Shown: positions 22,235 to 31,325 of the stretch, piece after piece
Layout of the letters: each line of letters begins with the position of its first letter
Numbering within the stretch: the stretch's first letter is position 1
NCBI GenBank assembly: GCA_965205015.1
Contig: OZ242029.1
Coordinates: 1,184,001 to 1,248,000 of the forward strand
Source of the DNA: Candidatus Poribacteria bacterium
GTDB taxonomy: Bacteria; Poribacteria; WGA-4E; WGA-3G
Length of the DNA: 64,000 bases
Direction of reading: 5' to 3'
Translations under genes and position numbers: made by a program
The notes under the pieces: model-generated
What the model saw: the letters and a program-made list of their open reading frames with translations, nothing else
Told to the model about the DNA's origin: nothing
Databases searched by the model: none

Positions 22235-22648
22235 TTACCATGCATCTTCAATCCAGTCGTCACCGTGGTCGGGATTATAGGTGAGCCCCTTTCTGATATC
22301 TAAGCAGAGATCCAATTGTTCTAAGACCATGTGTCCAACAAGGACGGGTGCATCGGCTGGCAGGTTGGTTACGGGGAGCGAACCCTCTCGCTCCAATATC
22401 GTAAACCGGACTTCTGAATAAATGGTGCGGTCTACGATGCCAGCCGCGGTTCTCGCCCGCGCGTTACCGAAGGGGGTCAAGCCGAGTTGTTCGATGATCG
22501 GTTCCGGTAAGCAGAGCCGTGTTGCACCGGTATCCACGAGTGCGTCTTTAACGGTGACGCGGCGGACCTCTTCAGGGCTGATAACGCCTCTGTTTGCTAA
22601 AGCCACATCTTCGAGATTTGCAAGTTCGATTTCTGTCGTATGTCTCAT
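22235..22648 (-). CDS. Clan AA (retropepsin-like) aspartic protease
   Basis: ALVDTGAT motif and VLVGHMVLEQLDL. Confidence 0.88.
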   Translation of the reverse strand: MRHTTEIELANLEDVALANRGVISPEEVRRVTVKDALVDTGATRLCLPEPIIEQLGLTPFGNARARTAAGIVDRTIYSEVRFTILEREGSLPVTNLPADAPVLVGHMVLEQLDLCLDIRKGLTYNPDHGDDWIEDAW

Positions 22649-22659
22649 GTTCTTTCTCC

Positions 22660-23805
22660 CTAATACTCCCGTTTGTGCCAATCGTCTTCAAACAGGTTGA
22701 ACGAACCTTCGCGATAGGGATGTTCAGCGATGAGCGCCTCATTCAACTCCATACCGAGTCCGGGTCCATTGGGCAGACTAAAATAGCCGTCAATGACCTC
22801 GGGACACCCGGTGGCAGCCGCTTTCACCCATGCTTCAGAGAAATCGTTGAAATGCTCCTGAATCTTGAAATTCGTGGTACAGGCGGCAAAGTGCAAAGCG
22901 GTCGCCGTAGAGACGGGTCCCCCGACGTTATGCGGTGCCACCGTCATATAACACATATCGCCCATTGCCGCGATCTTCTTGGTTTCCAAGAATCCGCCTG
23001 TCTGGGTAATGTCGGGTTGTAGGATATCCGCCGCTTGTAAGTTAATCAACTCTCGATATTCATACTTGTTGTGGAGCCGCTCCCCCGTGGCAACGGGAAG
23101 GTTAATCTTGTCAGAGGCTTTGGCAAGCGCAGCGATGTTGTCGGGTGGCACAGGTTCTTCAACCCAACTCGGTTGGAATTTCTCCAATTCTGCAGAGATC
23201 TCGATCGCCATATATGGGCTAAACCGACCGTGCATCTCAACAAGAATTTCGACATCCGGTCCGACGGCATCTCGTACCGCCTCAACGAGTTCAACGGATT
23301 TCAACTTCTCCTCATAAGAAAGTTCATAATACCCTGCACCGAACGGATCGAATTTGAGGGCTCGGTAGCCTTTTTCCAGCACCCTTTTCGCGGCGGCGTG
23401 AAACTCCTCAGTGGTGCGTTCAACACGATACCAGCCGTTGGCATACGCTTTGATTTTATCGCGGCAGGCTCCGCCGAGGAGGCGGTAGACGGGCTGATTT
23501 AGTGCCTTCCCGATAATATCCCAACATGCGATCTCAATAACGCTGATACCGGTCGCAACGATCTCACCGGCGCGACCATAATCGTCGCGGAACAGCCGTT
23601 GATAGAGGTCTTCGGTGTTGAACGGATCGCTGCCAATGACATGGCGGCGTTTCGCACCATCAATATAGGCAAGGAGTGCGTCCGTCCGGTTGTTCATCCG
23701 CACTTCACTGACGCCGGTTAAACCTTCATCGGTTTCAACTTTCACGAACGTTAGGTTGCGCCAACTGGTCCCCATGACCAGGGTTTTGACATCTGTAATT
23801 TTCAT
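22660..23805 (-). CDS. Mandelate racemase/enolase-superfamily dehydratase (DgoD-like)
   Basis: ACWDIIGK, YANGW, KFDPF, EMHGR, EEP, ATGER, QPD, APHN. Confidence 0.92.
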   Translation of the reverse strand: MKITDVKTLVMGTSWRNLTFVKVETDEGLTGVSEVRMNNRTDALLAYIDGAKRRHVIGSDPFNTEDLYQRLFRDDYGRAGEIVATGISVIEIACWDIIGKALNQPVYRLLGGACRDKIKAYANGWYRVERTTEEFHAAAKRVLEKGYRALKFDPFGAGYYELSYEEKLKSVELVEAVRDAVGPDVEILVEMHGRFSPYMAIEISAELEKFQPSWVEEPVPPDNIAALAKASDKINLPVATGERLHNKYEYRELINLQAADILQPDITQTGGFLETKKIAAMGDMCYMTVAPHNVGGPVSTATALHFAACTTNFKIQEHFNDFSEAWVKAAATGCPEVIDGYFSLPNGPGLGMELNEALIAEHPYREGSFNLFEDDWHKREY

Positions 23806-23831
23806 ATTTTTAACTAGGGTCCTTTGTTTAT
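23765..23831. repeat. 67-bp direct repeat, copy A (RBS and first codons of the dehydratase)
   Basis: Matches 24357-24423 with 2 mismatches. Confidence 0.95.
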
Positions 23832-23864
23832 CCTTGTTGTATAGCGCTATTGGGGCTCCGTGTG

Positions 23865-24329
23865 TCAGGGACGGACACTCTGCTGTCGTTTAAGGGTTTC
23901 GATCTCTTCTCGGAGCTCCTGATTAATGCGTTGCTGTTGGCTATCTCTCCCACTTCGCCATGTCAAGATAACCTGTGGGATGGCAATGGCAGCGACGATG
24001 AGGGCGATGAGCGCATAGACGAAATTCGTCAAGAGGGTAATCTGTTTGTGTACCCCCTCGATTTTGGTCTCAATATACGTTTTCACGTTTTTCTCCGAAT
24101 CGGCGATCTCTGTTTTGAGTTCTTGCTTGACTGTAGCGATCTCTGTTTTGAGTTCTTGCTTGACTGTAGCGATCTCTGTTTTGAGTTCTTGCTTGACTGT
24201 AGCGATCTCTCCTTTGACGACCTCGTTGACGATTAAGCGGATCTTATCTAAGTCAGCATCTGTTAATTCACCGAGTGCCGGGACCGCAAATGTGGAAAGG
24301 AGGAGTGCAAAAAGAATGAGGCGTTTCAC
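23865..24329 (-). CDS. Exported coiled-coil membrane protein, LTDADLxKIRLIV family (paralogue 2)
   Basis: GTG start with AAGGAG; three perfect 33-bp EIATVKQELKT repeats; TM helix; RINQELREEIETLK tail. Confidence 0.82.
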   Translation of the reverse strand: MKRLILFALLLSTFAVPALGELTDADLDKIRLIVNEVVKGEIATVKQELKTEIATVKQELKTEIATVKQELKTEIADSEKNVKTYIETKIEGVHKQITLLTNFVYALIALIVAAIAIPQVILTWRSGRDSQQQRINQELREEIETLKRQQSVRP

Positions 24330-24356
24330 GGCGTGTCTCCTTTTTCGTGCGAATTT

Positions 24357-24423
24357 CTGGTCCCCATGACAAGGGTTTTGACATCTGTAATTTTCATATT
24401 TTTAACTAGGGTCCTTTGCTTAT
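24357..24423. repeat. 67-bp direct repeat, copy B
   Basis: Matches 23765-23831. Confidence 0.95.
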
Positions 24424-24470
24424 GGGTCAGAAATCAAAAAAATCACAGTTCTGACTTCCTTTTCCTCGTA

Positions 24471-25838
24471 TTAACTTCTTGCTTCTGCTTCGGAGACGCT
24501 GCGTTGCCCACTTCTTTGCGTGGGTGCAGGGTCGATCGTGGGTGCCGCTTCGCCTGCTGCTAACATCCGGCGAATGAGCCGCTCCCGCATCACCGCTGTG
24601 ACATTTTCGTGGGATTGCAATCCAACAAGGTTCCGCAACTCGTAGGGATCCGCTTGGAGGTCATAGAGATACTGTTCAACATACCGGTCTGACCCGGCAT
24701 CTGCACCGCCATTTTTATGCGGGGCATCCACACCGTATTTCCAGCGTTGCGTTCGGACAGCACGTCCGACCTGCGCCTCGCTGATTTGGACGAACACCTC
24801 CTCTTGCCAGTCATCTGTTTCTCCACGTAGCAGGGGCAGAATCGATTGACCCTGCATCTCACCTGGGACTTCCAAACCGGCAGCATCCAGGAGCGTCGGC
24901 GGGAGATCGACAAGACTCACAAGTTCCTGGACCTGCCCACCACCGATGAATCCGGGGCCGTGGAACGCCGTCGGGACGCGGATGGAGCTCTCGTGGCAGG
25001 AGCGTTTATATTCGCCGTTGCGGGTTTTGAAATGACACCCGTGGTCAGAGGTGAAGAGAATGACGGTGTTATCAAGCAGGTGGAGGCTCTTGAGGGCATC
25101 GAGAAGTCTGCCGAGCGCTTCGTCGAGCCTTTTCACCATACCGTAGTAACCGCCTAAATGCTGGTGTGTCGAACCCCCGAGCGCGGCGAGGTCAGGGGGT
25201 ATCCATTTCCCAGTGTATCGCTCCCGATACCCATCCGGGGGCGGATAATCGTCGAGATGATTCTGGTGGTGCGGTTCAATGTATGACGTAAAGAGATAAA
25301 ACGGTTCGCGCTTATGCCGATCAACGTAACGTATCACCGCATCAGTGAGTGCATCCACACGATAGCCGGGGAGATCCACAGGTTGATTGTCGTTATCGTA
25401 GAGCGTTGTTTGATACGCATCAGAAGTGAATTCGAGGGTGTTGGACGCTAACCAGTCGTCATACCCGCCGCGATGCGCAGCTGGCACAGGTCCGGGACCG
25501 GTACCGCCGCTATAGAGATGCCATTTACCGATGTATCCGGTGGCGTAGCCAGCCTCACCGAAGTGATGTGCGAGGGTTTTGAGATTCGGCGATAACGGAA
25601 TGCCGTTTCGGAAGCATCCCGTGCGGGTTGCGTATAATCCGGTTTGTAGACACGAACGGGCGGGTCCGCAGACGGGTTGACACGTAAAGGAGCGGTGGAC
25701 GTGTGTCCCGCGCTGTGCCATCCGGTCGAAGTTGGGCATTAAGTCGAGTGGATTTCCGTGCAAGCCGGAGGTGTCCCAGCGTTGCTGGTCGGTGAAAAAG
25801 ACGATAACGTTCGGTTGATTTGTATCACGCTGTGGCAT
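24471..25838 (-). CDS. Sulfatase (formylglycine-dependent)
   Basis: PNVIVFFTDQQR, CGPARSCLQTG (CxPxR), GKWHL, FTSDHG, LYDLQADPYE. Confidence 0.93.
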   Translation of the reverse strand: MPQRDTNQPNVIVFFTDQQRWDTSGLHGNPLDLMPNFDRMAQRGTHVHRSFTCQPVCGPARSCLQTGLYATRTGCFRNGIPLSPNLKTLAHHFGEAGYATGYIGKWHLYSGGTGPGPVPAAHRGGYDDWLASNTLEFTSDAYQTTLYDNDNQPVDLPGYRVDALTDAVIRYVDRHKREPFYLFTSYIEPHHQNHLDDYPPPDGYRERYTGKWIPPDLAALGGSTHQHLGGYYGMVKRLDEALGRLLDALKSLHLLDNTVILFTSDHGCHFKTRNGEYKRSCHESSIRVPTAFHGPGFIGGGQVQELVSLVDLPPTLLDAAGLEVPGEMQGQSILPLLRGETDDWQEEVFVQISEAQVGRAVRTQRWKYGVDAPHKNGGADAGSDRYVEQYLYDLQADPYELRNLVGLQSHENVTAVMRERLIRRMLAAGEAAPTIDPAPTQRSGQRSVSEAEARS

Positions 25839-25864
25839 TTTTTGGTTTTCCTTGCTGTGGTTTT

Positions 25865-26350
25865 TCAAGGGTTGACAATCTGCTGTTGTTTGAGCGTTTC
25901 AACTTCGCGCGTGAGGACTTCAATCTGCTTTTCTTGTGCGTTGTCCGTGATGCTCCGCCACCCTAAAAAGACTGTCAGAATCGCTAATGGGAGTCCTATG
26001 ATAGCGATGAGTGCAAGAAGGATACCTATTAACCATGCGACTGGGGTTTTCAAAGTGTCGACTTGTTGGTTAATGTATTCTTTCATCCGAGTTTCGGAGA
26101 TGGTGATCTCGCTTTTGACTTCCGAAATGCTTTCTTTCATCCGAGTTTCGGAGGCGGCAATGCTTTCTTTCATCCGAGTTTCGGAGACGATAATCCTTTC
26201 TTTCATCCGAGTTTCGGAGACGGCGATCTCGCTTTTGACTTCCTCTTTGACAATCAAGCGGATTTTGTCCAAATCGGCATCGGTTAGTGCACCGAGTGCC
26301 GGCATCGCGATGACACAAAAGACGATTGCGGAGAGCAAAACAGTTTTCAT
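25865..26350 (-). CDS. Exported coiled-coil membrane protein, LTDADLxKIRLIV family (paralogue 3)
   Basis: Signal peptide, SETRMKE 33-bp repeats, TM helix, ETLKQQQIVNP tail; TTGACA-17-TTTACT upstream. Confidence 0.82.
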   Translation of the reverse strand: MKTVLLSAIVFCVIAMPALGALTDADLDKIRLIVKEEVKSEIAVSETRMKERIIVSETRMKESIAASETRMKESISEVKSEITISETRMKEYINQQVDTLKTPVAWLIGILLALIAIIGLPLAILTVFLGWRSITDNAQEKQIEVLTREVETLKQQQIVNP

Positions 26351-26437
26351 GGGATAGTTCCTTTCCTTTGTATGTAGTAAATCATATCTGTTTCCGGGTG
26401 TCAAGACAAAAGTTATGCCCGACTCCGGAAAGGGTGT

Positions 26438-27690
26438 TCTGCAAACAAAAAAGGGTCGGTACCGAGGTACCCACCCTTTTTTGTGGTTAAGGTTAGTTCA
26501 AACAAATTTTATCCCTGAAATAACCTTTTTGTTGCTACTACTCATGAGATGTCTTCAACTCACCCCAGAGGGTTGTTGCTTTGCCCGCTGCGCCGACATG
26601 CCCTTTGAGGCGTATGCCGCGCGTCAGGGTCTGACGGTTTCCGTCAAGAGAAACATCTTCAATTTGGTAGTAGTATACGACGTTAGGTTGAGCAGTTGTA
26701 TCCGTGTAAGTATAGAACTGCTTCTCACTGGTAGTACCTGCGCCCGGAACCATTGTGGCGTTGATGACTTTGAACTCACCGTTGCGTTGCTGTGAACGCT
26801 TGATAAAGAATCCAGCGTTATTCAGCTCGGATTGCGTCGACCAGGTAATCACGGCTTGCCCCGTCGCTTTATCGCGTGCGGGACGGAAGTGTGAGAGTTC
26901 GACAGGCAACGCACCACCAGTACGGAAGCCGGGTGTACCGACATCATTCGCTGCACCGTAGTAGTTTGCCCGACGGATATGCGTCGGATGTGCGAAAGCC
27001 GTATCGGCTGCGCGTCTCCAAGTGGTCATCATCTTGCCGTCTTCAGGTTCTGCGGGTCCGACAGAGACTTGAACGTGGGCACGAATGAGAGAGGAACGGG
27101 CTTCGCCCTCTTCGCCCATCGGTAATGCCCAAGCGGCTGCGCCATCAGCACCGAGGTTGCCCGCCATATCGGTAGCGGCTGCGTGTGCGGCCTTGGCTTT
27201 CAAGTCAGCGGCTTTGGCTGCGGCTTTTTCAGCAGCGGTTGCCGTTGCTGCGACTTTGGTCGCCGTGGGGGCTGGTGGTGCAAGCACGACTTCAAATGCC
27301 ATCTCACTCAACAGCGAATAGCGACGCTTCGTCACGCCCGCCAGAATTAACTCCGTCTGACCTGATTCCCAGAGGTTGAGGACATAGTCGGCTGAGAGTC
27401 CACCGAGATCGTTGCGGCCCATTTCGGTGACGACTAACAAGGTCGAGGGTATCGTGTTCTGTCCACTCCGCGTGATCATCGTCCCATCGGGGATTGTGAA
27501 CGTGATAGAACCACCGACGGATACATCGGCATCCGCTGCGGCGTTATTCACCGTCAACGTCCATCCACTCAAGTTTACATCCTCGGTACGGGAACCGTTA
27601 GAGATTTCAAGCCACTGCGGCAATCCGTTGCCCCTGTCAACCATAATCTCACTGACGTAGATAGCACCCGCATCTGGGACGGTTCCGGTG
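26438..27690. repeat. ~1.25-kb inverted repeat arm (partner ~33208-34458)
   Basis: Near-identical C-terminal coding region, trailer and terminator of the two paralogues. Confidence 0.9.
26445..26484. terminator. Intrinsic terminator of left surface-protein gene
   Basis: A6-GGGTCGGTACCGAGGTACCCACCC-T6 hairpin; inverted identical copy at 34412-34451. Confidence 0.85.
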
Positions 27691-29540
27691 CCTGCTTTTT
27701 TCGCAGCAGCATCGGCAGCAGCTTTCGCAGCAGCATCGGCTTTCGCTTTTTCGGCAGCGGCGGCAGCGGCGATTTCAGCAGGGGTCACGAGACGGGCGGC
27801 ACCTGGACTCCCGATGTGGACACCCGGAGCGTCCGCGTCAAAGTTCAAACTCGGGGGTGTCGACTGCATCCAAGAACTTGCCACCGTGCCATCGGCGACT
27901 GTTCCTGTCGCATCCATCACACGATACATGGAGATGATGGACTGTGTGGGTACGATTGCGCCTAAGGCTGCGGCTTGTTCCTCTTTACCCGACCGACCTG
28001 ATTGCCCTTTGCCTGCGAGCGACCAATAGGTACCTGCCGCATCAACGGTGCCGACTCGGTCGTGAACAGCCGTTAAGGCAGGGAGGGAAGCGAGTTCGCT
28101 CGGATTATAGAAGATCAGCGTGACAGATTCATAAGCAGCCGTAGCTCCATCATCGTCCACAGTCGCAAAACCGGCACCTGGATTATACAACTCAATCCAC
28201 TGGCTATTGCTGGCAGGCTTCAAACTTGCATCGGAACCCCACATAATCTCGGTGATCTTCAAAGGTTGCGGACCGACAACATCAATCACACCACCATTGG
28301 AGAGGAACGTCTCCAAGTTCGGGAGACCTGTTTGGTCGTGAACGACGTTATATTTCTGTTCGGGCACTGTCCGCTCGTGTGGCTTCGGAGCTTCCTTAAT
28401 TTCACCAGGCGGGGTGTGGACGGAGGAACCCGCTTTGTTCACAGTAAGGACTAAGTAACCACCACCGGGGATGTATTTTTCTTTCGGCACTTTGAACGCA
28501 ACCCCTGCGGCTTTCGGGGTCTTTGGATCCGCCGTTTTGGTCTTGACTGTCAGTTTATCCCTACCCTCAACGAGAGCACTGTCAGCATCGCGGTTATACA
28601 TCTCCTGTGCTACGGTGGGTGCCGGTCTCTCCATGCCAGCAAAATTCTTAACTTTGACGGTAACTGTCTTTTCGCCCGGCTTTGTTCCGATAGTAACGAG
28701 ATACAGATGCAACATTCCATCGCGCCAAGTATCTAATGTATCAAGACGAACTGCGGTGTCAAATTCGGTAGTACGACTAACGAGACCAGCATCATCTGAC
28801 ATTGTAGCTCCCGCTGGTGATGCTAACTTAAGAACAGAATTAACAGTTGCGTTATCTCCGACATCAATTAGATCTTTGGTGAGACCGCCTTTCGCATCTT
28901 CACTCAATAGAACGTGAACCATGAATTCAGCAGAAGTGACTATTACAAAAGGCTCACCGACTCTTGCGATTTTCAAAACATCTGGACCGTTAGTGGCATG
29001 ACCGAACGTTGCGTTACCTGTTTCAGCTGTGTCAGGGTCGGCCAGACCATCTTCTACCAAGAAAGTAACTGTTATCTCAGCTTTTGCGTTGGCATCATCA
29101 TCATCACCAACTGTGGGATCTGCTGCACCAACTTTGCCTTGTGGTATCTGCAAATACAATTTTCTAATAGCGGCATCAGGAGTCATCGTTATTGTGTAAT
29201 TCTTACCATCCGCTGGTAGGCCTGCAGATATTGTAGCCGTCGGTTTTGTCTGAATTACATTATTTTCATCATAGGCTTGCATGACAAGATCAGCTGCTGC
29301 AAATTCTTCACCAGTGGCGACGGCATTGGCTGGCACGCTCGTGACAATTTGTCCAAACGTCACATTAAATACAATCTCTGCACCAGCCTCCCGTTGCTCT
29401 CCATCAGCATGACTTATATCATGACCGCCTACTGAGATTGCGGCACTGAAATCACCCGCCATTGCAGGTGTTACCACGAAAGCGAGAGCGAGTATTGTAA
29501 TTAAACTTGTCAAGGAAAATGCCCATTTCTTAGACATCAT
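26538..29540 (-). CDS. Large exported surface protein with two lamin-tail-like domains and C-terminal LPVELSHF/Fn3-like domain (paralogue L)
   Basis: Signal peptide; ITEIMW..QWIELYN and VSEIM..QWLEISN LTD-like motifs; ALPVELSHF...YYYQIEDVSLDG; GKATTLWGELK tail. Confidence 0.85.
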   Translation of the reverse strand: MMSKKWAFSLTSLITILALAFVVTPAMAGDFSAAISVGGHDISHADGEQREAGAEIVFNVTFGQIVTSVPANAVATGEEFAAADLVMQAYDENNVIQTKPTATISAGLPADGKNYTITMTPDAAIRKLYLQIPQGKVGAADPTVGDDDDANAKAEITVTFLVEDGLADPDTAETGNATFGHATNGPDVLKIARVGEPFVIVTSAEFMVHVLLSEDAKGGLTKDLIDVGDNATVNSVLKLASPAGATMSDDAGLVSRTTEFDTAVRLDTLDTWRDGMLHLYLVTIGTKPGEKTVTVKVKNFAGMERPAPTVAQEMYNRDADSALVEGRDKLTVKTKTADPKTPKAAGVAFKVPKEKYIPGGGYLVLTVNKAGSSVHTPPGEIKEAPKPHERTVPEQKYNVVHDQTGLPNLETFLSNGGVIDVVGPQPLKITEIMWGSDASLKPASNSQWIELYNPGAGFATVDDDGATAAYESVTLIFYNPSELASLPALTAVHDRVGTVDAAGTYWSLAGKGQSGRSGKEEQAAALGAIVPTQSIISMYRVMDATGTVADGTVASSWMQSTPPSLNFDADAPGVHIGSPGAARLVTPAEIAAAAAAEKAKADAAAKAAADAAAKKAGTGTVPDAGAIYVSEIMVDRGNGLPQWLEISNGSRTEDVNLSGWTLTVNNAAADADVSVGGSITFTIPDGTMITRSGQNTIPSTLLVVTEMGRNDLGGLSADYVLNLWESGQTELILAGVTKRRYSLLSEMAFEVVLAPPAPTATKVAATATAAEKAAAKAADLKAKAAHAAATDMAGNLGADGAAAWALPMGEEGEARSSLIRAHVQVSVGPAEPEDGKMMTTWRRAADTAFAHPTHIRRANYYGAANDVGTPGFRTGGALPVELSHFRPARDKATGQAVITWSTQSELNNAGFFIKRSQQRNGEFKVINATMVPGAGTTSEKQFYTYTDTTAQPNVVYYYQIEDVSLDGNRQTLTRGIRLKGHVGAAGKATTLWGELKTSHE

Positions 29541-29603
29541 TCGTTCTATCTCCTTGTTCTTATGGAATAAAATTTTTGAAACATATAACCTAAAACCTTT
29601 TAT

Positions 29604-29688
29604 AGTTGTCGGTTGTCGGTTGTCGGTTGTCAGTTGAAGAGGATAAATTCTTTTATGACTGAAAACTGAAAACCGAAAACTGAAAACT
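29604..29688. repeat. Heptamer tandem repeats (GGTTGTC)n/(ACTGAAA)n
   Basis: Visible; similar heptamer tracts at ~52628-52745, 58601-58620 and 61262-61290. Confidence 0.8.
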
Positions 29689-29709
29689 ATTTCAAACGAA
29701 GAACGGACT

Positions 29710-29756
29710 CAGGGATTGTAAATCCAGTTCTGTTTTTGAACTTAACCTTGTACACA
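29710..29756. repeat. 47-bp perfect inverted leader block (partner 31183-31229)
   Basis: Exact reverse-complement identity; a second identical block pairs 29541-29573 with 31293-31325. Confidence 0.95.
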
Positions 29757-29890
29757 TAATGTTATATTGGATTATGTGTTTTTAAGGGTCTTAACCGTTT
29801 TCAACGCAGAATTTATCAGAATATCGCAGTTTTCATCGTTTTCAACGCGTAATTCATCAAAATATCGCGTTTCAACCCTTTATAGTAATA

Positions 29891-29919
29891 ATTCTACCCT
29901 ATTAAACGCTGTTTGTCAA
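29891..29919 (-). promoter_or_regulatory. Strong sigma70-like promoter for paralogue L
   Basis: TTGACA-17-TAGAAT with AT-rich upstream region. Confidence 0.75.
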
Positions 29920-30341
29920 ATTAAAAATACAAAAAAATGCACTTTTTTGCGAAATAAACGCATAAAAACGCATAATTCAACAAAAAAGTGCGAAATTCAA
30001 CAAAAAAGTGTAAAATAGGACCAGTGATTTTTGTGATTTTTGTGATTTTTGTGATTTACCGGCGATACTGATGAAATTTCGGCGAATCATAGACCATCAG
30101 GAAAATCCCAGAAATCGCAATTCAGACCAGTGATTTTTGTGATAAGCTATGATGTTCTGTGATGCCAGAATCTCAGTTGATCATAGAACATCAAGTAAAT
30201 CAGAGTTCAGACATTTAGGTGGCTTAGCTGGTGGGGGCTGCCGGGGTAGTAAAATCCGATCCATGATAACGCCTGATGCTGAAAGTTGCGCTAATCATAG
30301 AACATCAGGTAAATCACAAAAATCACAGTACAGAAGGAGGG

Positions 30342-30384
30342 CGGACAACGGGAGAATTCCCTACACTCTCCCGTTATCCTTTTA
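30342..30384 (+). terminator. Possible intrinsic terminator
   Basis: GGACAACGGGAG...CTCCCGTTATCC followed by TTTT. Confidence 0.5.
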
Positions 30385-30588
30385 GTTTGATTAAATGGAG
30401 GAGATTAGCGTCGTCCTCAGGACGGGGTAAGTTTAACCTCTGTCCAAGAGGTTACTTTAATTATCCACTATTTGCCGATAAAAGTCAATTAAAATTAAAA
30501 ATTCCCGCTCTCGATCCTTTATGCCCCCAGGGGCATTCAAGGGAGTGGAGCGGGTTAACGGACAACGGACAACTGAGGACGAACCACT

Positions 30589-31005
30589 ATGAACCCAGAC
30601 ATCTATCTCTCCGTGGCGCAAGCCTCCGACCTACTGGGCATCTCGCCGGAAACGCTCTATAAGGAGATTCAAGCCGGGCATCTTACGGCGGTAGAGAACC
30701 CAGACCAGAAACGCAAACATAAGGTCATTGCTATTAACGAACTCTCGCGTTTATACGGCAACATCTACATCCCTGACGGGTATCTCGAATACTCTGGAGA
30801 CAAGTCCGTCGACTTTGTTCGAGTTGCCCTCCGCCAAGAGAACGAGAGGCTCCGTAAGGCGTTGGAAGCAACCCAGATACGGGAGCAGGATCTCAATGCC
30901 CAACTCACCGCCGCCCTCGAAAACCACAAAACGCTTATCAAGGCACACGCGGATCTCACCAAAACCATCGATAATCTCACCGCCGTGCTGGATAAAATGA
31001 CATAG
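30589..31005 (+). CDS. Excisionase-like (HTH_17/MerR-type) DNA-binding protein with coiled coil
   Basis: YLSVAQASDLLGISPETLYKEIQAGHL winged HTH; C-terminal heptads; GAGG RBS. Confidence 0.8.
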   Translation: MNPDIYLSVAQASDLLGISPETLYKEIQAGHLTAVENPDQKRKHKVIAINELSRLYGNIYIPDGYLEYSGDKSVDFVRVALRQENERLRKALEATQIREQDLNAQLTAALENHKTLIKAHADLTKTIDNLTAVLDKMT

Positions 31006-31325
31006 GTCCTTCTGATTTTGTAAAATTTTTGATAATTTTGTAAAAAATCCACATATCTTATAGCGGGGCTCTATGGTATTACAATTTTTTAAAATACCGT
31101 CCTAATCCGTCCCTACAGGCGCGGTTTTTCACCTGAGGCCACACGTCCAAAACTCCTTCGTTCTTTGCCGAATTTAACTTTTTGTGTACAAGGTTAAGTT
31201 CAAAAACAGAACTGGATTTACAATCCCTGGATCCGTTCTTATTTTTCAATGGTTTTAGGTAAGTAGGGGTTGGGGCTCCCAACCCATCAAACATTTTATT
31301 CCATAAGAACAAGGAGATAGAACGA

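Noticed and set aside
31183-31240. Known riboswitch in the conserved leader
   Set aside because: I could not match it to any riboswitch consensus I know; an Rfam search is needed
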